NCBI GenBank assembly: GCA_965220745.1
Contig: CBDCQT010000013.1
Span: 1,017,339-1,081,338, forward strand
Origin: Alphaproteobacteria bacterium
GTDB lineage: Bacteria > Pseudomonadota > Alphaproteobacteria > UBA828
DNA length: 64,000 nt
Direction of reading: 5' to 3'
The translations under genes were made by a program, and so were the position numbers. Shown one piece after another: positions 57,350-64,000 of the stretch (positions are counted from its first letter, which is position 1; each line of letters starts with the position of its first letter). Under the pieces are notes generated by a model that searched no databases, was not told the origin of the DNA, and saw only the letters and a list, made by a program, of their open reading frames with translations.

Positions 57350-59470
57350 TCAGCCGAGCTCGATGGAGATGTTGCGGTAGGCGTCCATCCGGCCGGACTG
57401 GCCGGCCTGGACGACGATGGTCGTGATCGGGGTGTGGATCACGGCCGGGCCGGCGATGACGTTGCCGGGCGCGAGCTTCTCGAAGTCGTAGATGTCCGCT
57501 GGAGCGAATCCGCCTTCCGCCTCCACGAAGATGTCGCGCTTGCCGATTTGCGCCGCGTCGGGGTCGGAGCCGTCCAGCGCCGCCCGCTCGATGCGGGGCC
57601 GCTCCACCATGCCGCGCGCGGTGAGGCGGAACATCGTCATCTCCATGCCGGCGGCGCGGTAGGCCGAGCCCTTGCCGAACTTGCGCTCGTAGAGCGCCTC
57701 GAAGTCCGCCGCGAGCCGGCCGACGGCGTCGTCGTCCATCGGCCCACCGCCCGCGACCGGCGTCGTTACCTCGTGTACCTGGCGTCCGTAGCGCAAGTCG
57801 ATCGACCAGTCGAGGGCGATCGCGTCGTCGGCGAAGCCTTCGGCGGCAAGCTGTTCGCGGGCGCGGGCCATCATGGGTACATAGATCTCGTCGATTTCTG
57901 CGGCCGGGCTCGGAACGGGGAGCGTCTTGGTGACAGTGTACTCGTGCACGATATCGGCCGAGAGCAGGCCGAAGGCGGCGTTCACCGAGGCGGTGTAGGG
58001 CACCACGATCCGCTTGACGCCGAGCTCCGCGCCGAACACGCCGCAGAGCAGACCGCAGGTGCCGCCGAAGGCGTGTAGCACGAAGTCTCTTGGATCGAGC
58101 CCGCGCTCGACCGTGATCTCGTGAATCAGGTCGGTGATCTGCGCTGCGGCGATGCGGTAGATGCCGATGGCGGCGTCTTCCACGCTCATGCCGAGCGGTT
58201 GCGCGACCTTCTCCGCGAAGACCCGCCGCGCCGCCTCGGCATCGAGGGCGATGGTGCCGCCGAGGAAGGTGCCGGGGTCCATGTAGCCCACCAGCAGCAT
58301 GACATCGGTGAGCGTGGGCTCCTCGCCGCCGAGACCGTAGCAGACCGGGCCGGGTCTTGCGCCGGCGCTCGACGGGCCCACGCCCGGCACGCCGGTGGCC
58401 GGATCCAGCGCGACAATGCTGCCGCCGCCGGCGCCGATGGAGACCACCTCGATCTTGGGCGCGACGTAGTGGTAGCGGTCGACCATGGGCTCGCGGGCAT
58501 AGTCGATGGCGCCGCCCTGGATCACGCCCACCTTGAAGGTGGTGCCCCCCATGTCGCAGGCGATGATGTCGTCGTCTTCCATGAGCCGGCCGAGATGGCG
58601 GCTGCCGATGACGCCTGCGGCGGGCCCGCATTCGAGCATGCCCACGGCGCGCTCGGCCGCTTCCTCCGCCGGCAGCAGGCCGCCATAGCCCTGCATCACG
58701 AGCAGCGGCCCGTCGTAGCCCCGCGCCTGCAGCAACGCCTGCAGGCTGTTGATGTATTCGCTCGCGATACGCCCCGCGTAGGCGTTGATGACGGTCGTGG
58801 ACGTGCGCTCGTACTCGCCCGGCACCGGCGCGATCTCGCTGGAGAGCGTGACGTAGGCGCCGGGGGCGATCTCGCGGATCAGCTCGCCCACCCGCTGCTC
58901 GTGGGTGGCGTTGTAGAAGGACCAGAGGAAGGAGACCGCGAGCGCCTCGATCTCTTCATCCTCGACCAGCGAGCGGATCGCCTGACGCACCGCGTCTTCG
59001 TCCAGCGCGCGCAGCACGGCGCCCTTGTAGTCCACCCGCTCCGGCACGCCCCTGGTCTTTGCGCGGGGCACCAGCGGCGGAGCGCGGTCGGTCGCCACCG
59101 GGTGCTTGATGCCGTCCTCGGTGAGGCCGGCCCAGCGGCCGTAGGCGCCGCGGGTGATGACCAGCGTGTCCTCGAAGCCTTCGGTGGTGATGAGGCCGGT
59201 CCTGGCGCCCGAGCGGGTGAACAGCGTGTTGTCCACGACCGTCGAGCCGTGCATGAAGAGCGCCGTCCGCGCCAGCAGCGCGTCCGTGGAGAGGCCGATG
59301 CCCTCCGCCGCAGCGCTGACAGCGGCGAGCACGCCGTCCGCGAAATCGGGCGGGGTTGAGAGCGCCTTGCCGAGACGCACCGGCTCGCCGGCGGCGAACA
59401 GCACCGCGTCGGTACAGGTGCCGCCGACGTCGGTTGCGACGACGTAGCGGGCGTCGCCTGTTGCGCTCAT
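57350..59470 (-). CDS. Hydantoinase A/oxoprolinase-family ATPase subunit
   Basis: DVGGTCTD, EYERTSTT, GPAAG, DMGGTTF, IGAGGGS, GPVCYG.GG. Confidence 0.92.
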   Translation of the reverse strand: MSATGDARYVVATDVGGTCTDAVLFAAGEPVRLGKALSTPPDFADGVLAAVSAAAEGIGLSTDALLARTALFMHGSTVVDNTLFTRSGARTGLITTEGFEDTLVITRGAYGRWAGLTEDGIKHPVATDRAPPLVPRAKTRGVPERVDYKGAVLRALDEDAVRQAIRSLVEDEEIEALAVSFLWSFYNATHEQRVGELIREIAPGAYVTLSSEIAPVPGEYERTSTTVINAYAGRIASEYINSLQALLQARGYDGPLLVMQGYGGLLPAEEAAERAVGMLECGPAAGVIGSRHLGRLMEDDDIIACDMGGTTFKVGVIQGGAIDYAREPMVDRYHYVAPKIEVVSIGAGGGSIVALDPATGVPGVGPSSAGARPGPVCYGLGGEEPTLTDVMLLVGYMDPGTFLGGTIALDAEAARRVFAEKVAQPLGMSVEDAAIGIYRIAAAQITDLIHEITVERGLDPRDFVLHAFGGTCGLLCGVFGAELGVKRIVVPYTASVNAAFGLLSADIVHEYTVTKTLPVPSPAAEIDEIYVPMMARAREQLAAEGFADDAIALDWSIDLRYGRQVHEVTTPVAGGGPMDDDAVGRLAADFEALYERKFGKGSAYRAAGMEMTMFRLTARGMVERPRIERAALDGSDPDAAQIGKRDIFVEAEGGFAPADIYDFEKLAPGNVIAGPAVIHTPITTIVVQAGQSGRMDAYRNISIELG

Positions 59471-59570
59471 CCCGTGCCTTTCCTCTGCCGGCCGCCATCT
59501 TGCGCGGCAAGCGGGCGAACGCAAGCCGGCAACCGCTGGACACGGGGCGAAGATGGTGTATCGAACGTGT

Positions 59571-59849
59571 ATGTCACGCACCAACGTAGACATCGACGAC
59601 GACGCCTGCGCAGAGGTCATGCGCCGCTACCGGCTGACGACGAAGCGGGAGGCGATCAACTACGCGCTGCGCACCCTCGCGGCGAAGCCGCTCAGCGTCG
59701 ACGAGGCCCGCCGGCTGCGTGGCTCTGGGTGGGAGGGCAATCTGGACGAATTGCGTGCCGACCTCGCCGATGCCGCCGTCCTCCACAGGGACTCGGACTT
59801 CGACACGCTGGCGCGCCATGCGGGTCTGATAGTCGATCGTCAGCGCTAG
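59571..59849 (+). CDS. vapB: VapB antitoxin fused in frame to a VapC C-terminal remnant
   Basis: MSRTNVDIDD...TKREAINYALR...GSGWEGNLDELR (mycobacterial VapB11-like) followed by VLHRDSDFDTLARH. Confidence 0.8.
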   Translation: MSRTNVDIDDDACAEVMRRYRLTTKREAINYALRTLAAKPLSVDEARRLRGSGWEGNLDELRADLADAAVLHRDSDFDTLARHAGLIVDRQR

Positions 59850-59867
59850 GCGGGGGCGGTCGCCAGT

Positions 59868-60284
59868 TTAGCGTTCACCCAGACTCTCGACGCGTTCGCG
59901 CCAGGGCGAGCGGCGGACCTTGTTGGCGAAGGCGCGATCCGCGGTGACCACCCGCGTCCCTTCGTCTTCAGCAAGGGCGAGGTATTGGCAATCGTAAACG
60001 GGATGCCCCAAGACGCATGCCATTTCGAACGCCGTCTCGTGCAACTGGCCCGACGGAACGAGTATCTTGAACCACTGAGGAAGAGCCGCGAGGAACGCCT
60101 GCGCATGTGAGAGAGGAACGGTCTCGCCCGATACTCTTCGCCAAGCCGCGTTCGCACATTCGACGAGGATCATGTCGGGAGCGGCGAAGGCTTCGCCGGA
60201 CTCCGCCAAAGTACGTGCCTCAACCGAAAGCGGCTCCTCGAAGAACCACTTGCAGGCGACGCTTGCATCAATCACCAGGATCAT
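59868..60284 (-). CDS. vapC: PIN-domain (VapC-type) toxin
   Basis: VIDASVACKW, APD...ECANA, VYDCQYLALA, VVTAD. Confidence 0.92.
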   Translation of the reverse strand: MILVIDASVACKWFFEEPLSVEARTLAESGEAFAAPDMILVECANAAWRRVSGETVPLSHAQAFLAALPQWFKILVPSGQLHETAFEMACVLGHPVYDCQYLALAEDEGTRVVTADRAFANKVRRSPWRERVESLGER

Positions 60285-60790
60285 CGGCTGTCGCGGTCCT
60301 GGCGAATCAGGGTCACACTGTCTTCCAGGGGGCCGGCGGTCATGGCGCGGATGCGATCAGCCTCCGCAATCAGGTCTCTTCGCTCCGGACCCGCGGCGCG
60401 CGTCAAAATCCCTCTGAGCTCCTGTTCCAGAGAGTGGCCCTTGCGCCGTGCCTTTCGCTTCAGTGCGTCGACGACCGCCGTATCCAACTTTCGTACAATC
60501 ACCTGCGAATGCTCCTCGTCGGTGAGTTTTTGAGGCGGAGGGGGACTGAGGTAGGTCCGCCTAAATTTGACTATCTCTTCGTCGAGGCGGGGCGGTTCGG
60601 TCGTCCAGCCCGCACCCATCCAAGTCAGCGCCTGCACATGTGTGCTGTCGTTCCCCCACCACGATCTGTGCCGTCGCGCGCTGGGGGGAAGGGGAGCATC
60701 GATGATTGCCTCAATCTGAGAGAATGTCAGCGTGCACCCGTTTTCCGTCTGGGCCGACAAGTAGCGTTCCAATGGGTCGTACTTGGCCAT
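60281..60790 (-). CDS. Unknown-function domain fused to a FitA/Arc-like RHH antitoxin
   Basis: MAKYDPL...FSQIE...LPPSA...WWGN...W..AGW, proline linker, then QVIVRKLD..VVDALK.KA...GHSLEQELR; ATGA overlap with vapC. Confidence 0.8.
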   Translation of the reverse strand: MAKYDPLERYLSAQTENGCTLTFSQIEAIIDAPLPPSARRHRSWWGNDSTHVQALTWMGAGWTTEPPRLDEEIVKFRRTYLSPPPPQKLTDEEHSQVIVRKLDTAVVDALKRKARRKGHSLEQELRGILTRAAGPERRDLIAEADRIRAMTAGPLEDSVTLIRQDRDSR

Positions 60791-60955
60791 CGAGAATACC
60801 CGAGGGATTGTAACTAAAGGGATGATAGCATAGATGTCCCTTTTTTCAAGTCGCGATGTGAGTCGAGTGGCAATTGGCGATGGCGGCGGGCGGCGGGGAG
60901 GGGTAGCATTCACGCAGGGAATAAGGCCCGCAAGGCTCGGGCAAGGGGGGCACCA

Positions 60956-61441
60956 ATGAGAAGACGAGCGTGGATCGCGGGCGCAGTAGCGGTGGCGCTG
61001 GCGCTGGCGGTATTCGCCGGCTCGGGCGCAGCAAGCGCCCAGCAGGATCACTCGGGCGCGATCAAGGCCCGCATCGCGTACATGCAGCTCAACGGCTTCT
61101 TCATGGGCCAGCTCGCAGCGATCGCGAAGGGGCAGGTGCCTTATGACGCGGCGCAGGCCACAGGCGTTGCCAAGAGCCTGCTCGCGCTGTCCACCATGGA
61201 CGCAGGCGCGATGTGGCCGCCGGGCTCCGACAACCAGGCTGTTCCGGGCAAGACTCGGGCCTTGCCCGAAATCTGGACCACCTTCCCGGCGGTGATGGAG
61301 AAGGCCAACGCTCTCACCGTGGCGCTGGAGGCGATGGTCGTGGCGACCGGGACCGATCTCGCCAGCCTACAGGGTGCCTTCGGTCCGGTCGGCGCAGGCT
61401 GCGGTGGTTGTCACCGCTCCTTCCGCGCCGAGAAATTCTGA
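60956..61441 (+). CDS. Cytochrome c'/c556 (class II)
   Basis: Signal peptide, AIKARIAYM, ALPEIW, C-terminal CGGCH. Confidence 0.9.
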   Translation: MRRRAWIAGAVAVALALAVFAGSGAASAQQDHSGAIKARIAYMQLNGFFMGQLAAIAKGQVPYDAAQATGVAKSLLALSTMDAGAMWPPGSDNQAVPGKTRALPEIWTTFPAVMEKANALTVALEAMVVATGTDLASLQGAFGPVGAGCGGCHRSFRAEKF

Positions 61442-61453
61442 CGCGGGAGTTTG

Positions 61454-62278
61454 TTAACCGCCTGACGGCCAGACGAGCGGGAATTCGGGGTCGTCGAGGG
61501 GATCGCCGTCGCGCAGCCGCCGGTGCACCTCCGGGAAGGGCGGCGAGACCTCGCCGGGGCGCACCTTGAAGCGGACGTCATCGCCGACCCAGCGGTGAAC
61601 GAAGGCGCGGCGCCGCGCCGACGCCGATTCGTTGCCCGCCGCCCCATGGACGGTGAGGAAGTGGAAGGCGATGGCGTCGCCCGGCGCCATGTCGAAAGAC
61701 GCGATCTCGTAGTCGTCCCGGCGCCCGTCAATGTCCGGCATGGTATCGAGCGCCTCGCCCTCGCGCTGATAGTCCACGCCGATGAACTTCCTCGGCATGA
61801 ACGACTTGCCCCAGCGGTGCGAGCCCACGACGAGCTCCAGGCACATCGGACGGGAGACGGGATCGAGCGCGGTCCAGAAGCTCACGCACTGTGTCCCGTC
61901 GATGCAGTAGTAAGGCAGATCGTGGTGCCAGGGCGTGCGCGATTCGGTACGCGGTTCCTTCACCAGCACGTGCTCGTGGAAGAAGCGCGCCGTGCCCGAG
62001 CCCATGAGCCGGGCTGCGAGCGCCGCCGCGTGGGAGTGGTACACGAAGTCGCGGTATTCGGGCACGCGCGCCCAGTTGCAGTAGTCGCCGAAGAAGTAGC
62101 CCTTCGAGCCCTCCGGCTCGTACTCGCGCGTGTAGGGGCCGGGGGTGCGCATGTTGCGCTCGACACCGGCGCGCAGGGGGTCGAGCCAGTCCGCGAACGC
62201 GCCTTCGAGGTGAACCACGCCGTCGCGCTTAAAGCGCTCGGCGGTGGTGCTATCGATGCCGGTGTCCGCGGTGCTCAT
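61454..62278 (-). CDS. Phytanoyl-CoA dioxygenase family Fe(II)/2OG enzyme
   Basis: TPWHHD, GSH.W, PGD...FH..TVH, RRRA. Confidence 0.88.
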   Translation of the reverse strand: MSTADTGIDSTTAERFKRDGVVHLEGAFADWLDPLRAGVERNMRTPGPYTREYEPEGSKGYFFGDYCNWARVPEYRDFVYHSHAAALAARLMGSGTARFFHEHVLVKEPRTESRTPWHHDLPYYCIDGTQCVSFWTALDPVSRPMCLELVVGSHRWGKSFMPRKFIGVDYQREGEALDTMPDIDGRRDDYEIASFDMAPGDAIAFHFLTVHGAAGNESASARRRAFVHRWVGDDVRFKVRPGEVSPPFPEVHRRLRDGDPLDDPEFPLVWPSGG

Positions 62279-62306
62279 GCGCGCCTCAGGCCCGACCGCG
62301 CCAAGC

Positions 62307-63233
62307 TCAGAAGGCGACCTGATCGCCGCCCTTGAGACCCAGCATCTCGCGCGCCTCGGCGGGCGTCGCCACCTCCAGCGAGAGCTCCTCGACGATGCGC
62401 CTGGCCTTGGCGACCTGGGCGGCGTTGGAGGGCGCGAGCTCGCCCTTGCCGAGGAAGAGGCTGTCCTCCAGCCCGACGCGGATGTTGCCGCCCATCATCG
62501 CGCCCATGGTGACGAAGCTCATCTGGTGGCGGCCGGCGGCCAGGATCGACCAGCGGTAGTCGTCGCCGAACAGCTTGTTCGCGATGCGGCGCATGTGCAT
62601 CAGGTTCTCGTGGTCGGCGCCGATGCCGCCCAGGATGCCGAAGATGGTCTGCACGAAGAGCGGCGGCTTGACCAGGCCGCGGTCCACGAAATGGGCCAGG
62701 TTGTAGAGGTGGCCGACGTCGTAGCACTCGAACTCGAAGCGCACGCCGTGGCCCTCACCCAAATCCTTCATAATATATTCGATGTCCTTGAAGGTATTTC
62801 GGAAAATGAAGTCCTTCGTGCCCTCCAGATGGGGCTTCTCCCAGTCGTACTTGAACTCCTTGTAGCGGTTCAGCATCGGGTAGATGCCGAAGTTCATGGA
62901 GCCCATGTTGAGCGAGGTCATCTCCGGGCTTGCGCGGCGCGGCGCGGCGAGGCGCTCGTCGAGCGACATGCCGAGCCCGCCGCCGGTGGTGATGTTGATG
63001 ACCGCGTCCGACTGCTGCTTGATGCGCGGCAGGAAGGCCATGAACACGTCCGGATCGGGCGTGGGCCGGCCGTCGTTCGGGTCGCGGGCGTGGAGGTGGA
63101 GGATCGAAGCGCCGGCCTCGGCTGCCGCCACGCCGTCGGCCGCGATCTCGTCCGGCGTGATCGGCAGGTGCGGCGACATGGTGGGGGTATGGATAGACCC
63201 CGTGACCGCGCAGGTGATGATGACTTTGCTCAT
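62307..63233 (-). CDS. 3-keto-5-aminohexanoate cleavage (BKACE) family protein
   Basis: ITCAVTG, HLHARDP, ITTGG, SLNMGSMN, RVGLEDS. Confidence 0.92.
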   Translation of the reverse strand: MSKVIITCAVTGSIHTPTMSPHLPITPDEIAADGVAAAEAGASILHLHARDPNDGRPTPDPDVFMAFLPRIKQQSDAVINITTGGGLGMSLDERLAAPRRASPEMTSLNMGSMNFGIYPMLNRYKEFKYDWEKPHLEGTKDFIFRNTFKDIEYIMKDLGEGHGVRFEFECYDVGHLYNLAHFVDRGLVKPPLFVQTIFGILGGIGADHENLMHMRRIANKLFGDDYRWSILAAGRHQMSFVTMGAMMGGNIRVGLEDSLFLGKGELAPSNAAQVAKARRIVEELSLEVATPAEAREMLGLKGGDQVAF

Positions 63234-63457
63234 GGCCCGTGGCCTCCCGCTCATGTTCGCCGCGCCGCGCCGGCGGCTGCCAAGGTTCTAACCGCCCGCA
63301 ACGGGCCTCGACAAGCGCGGCATTTGTCGCTCACGGCAGCCGGCCTGCGGCCGGCGCCTCCGTGTCGCGCGTCCACGCGCGCGGGCGCGCGATGGCGCCG
63401 CAGGAGCGGCGGGCAGCGGTCGCGGCCTGTCGCGCATCCGTCAAAGACGGACGCGCT

Positions 63458-64000
63458 CTAAAGCAGGGTGCGCAACAGCTCGTGGAGGGCGGCCTTGCGC
63501 TCGAAGCCGGCACCCAGCGTGTCGCCGAGGCGGACCCGGCCGTCTTCGACCGGAGTCTCGTCGGCGAAGCCGCCGAAGGGCTGAAACACGCCAGGATAGG
63601 ATTCGCAGCCGCCGAGCGAGAGGCCGCCGGCGACGGAGAGTGCCAGCAGGTTGCCACCGTGGGGCAGGAAGCGGCGCGGCGACCAGCCTTCCTCCGCCAT
63701 CATGGCGACGATATCGATGGTCTCGCCCACGCCATAGGCCAAGGCGGGGTCGAACTGCACGTAGTCGATCTCGGGCCGCATCCCGCCGAAGCGGAGCAGG
63801 TTGCGCGCGTCCTGCAGCGAGAGCAGGTTCTCGCCGGTCGCGATGGGGTCGGGGTAGGTCGCGACCACCGCCGCGTTGAGCGAGAAATCCAGCGGGTCGC
63901 CCGGCTCCTCGTACCAGGCCAGGCCGTATGGGACGAGGGCGCCCGCGTAGCGGCGCGCGGTCCGCTCATCGAAGCGGCCGTTGGCATCCACCGCGAGCCG
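63458..64000 (-). CDS. Mandelate racemase/muconate lactonising enzyme family (D-tartrate dehydratase-like), C-terminal part
   Basis: VDANGRF, WYEEPGDPLD, ATGENL, QFDPAL.YG, PHGG, ESYP.VFQPFGGF. Confidence 0.85.
   Translation of the reverse strand, partial: RLAVDANGRFDERTARRYAGALVPYGLAWYEEPGDPLDFSLNAAVVATYPDPIATGENLLSLQDARNLLRFGGMRPEIDYVQFDPALAYGVGETIDIVAMMAEEGWSPRRFLPHGGNLLALSVAGGLSLGGCESYPGVFQPFGGFADETPVEDGRVRLGDTLGAGFERKAALHELLRTLL

Overview
GC-rich chromosomal window of an Alphaproteobacterium, inferred from the ribF-ileS-lspA-DUF3035-pgi-mutL gene order, glnE/ispG/ctaA and CTTG-N17-CATATA-type promoters. The housekeeping core is comM (partial), nnr, amt, glnE, ispG, ctaA, mutL, pgi, lspA, ileS and ribF. 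It is interleaved with clusters for scavenging organic N and C: a polyamine-type ABC transporter with amidohydrolase, creatininase, GpuA-like ureohydrolase and deaminase; a class IV aminotransferase/PxpC/BCCP/DadA cluster; a Liv-type ABC transporter; tandem sugar-type binding proteins and HpcH aldolases; and HyuA/HyuB/gamma subunit with a cysteine hydrolase. Seven small conflict cassettes are inserted between genes with no integrase or transposase seen: three intact antitoxin-PIN pairs (one with an extra N-terminal domain on the antitoxin), a vapB fused to a vapC remnant, a Doc toxin with no canonical start codon, a RosmerTA-like XRE-IrrE module bracketed by a duplicated RDD 3' end, and a BglII-type R-M system. 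A tiny transcription unit absent from the ORF track has a 17-nt Shine-Dalgarno complementary to the 16S 3' end and a 24-aa GTG-start ORF (rreB/rreR-like). No rRNA, tRNA, CRISPR array or IS element was seen. All calls come from motif recognition by eye; no database searches were run.
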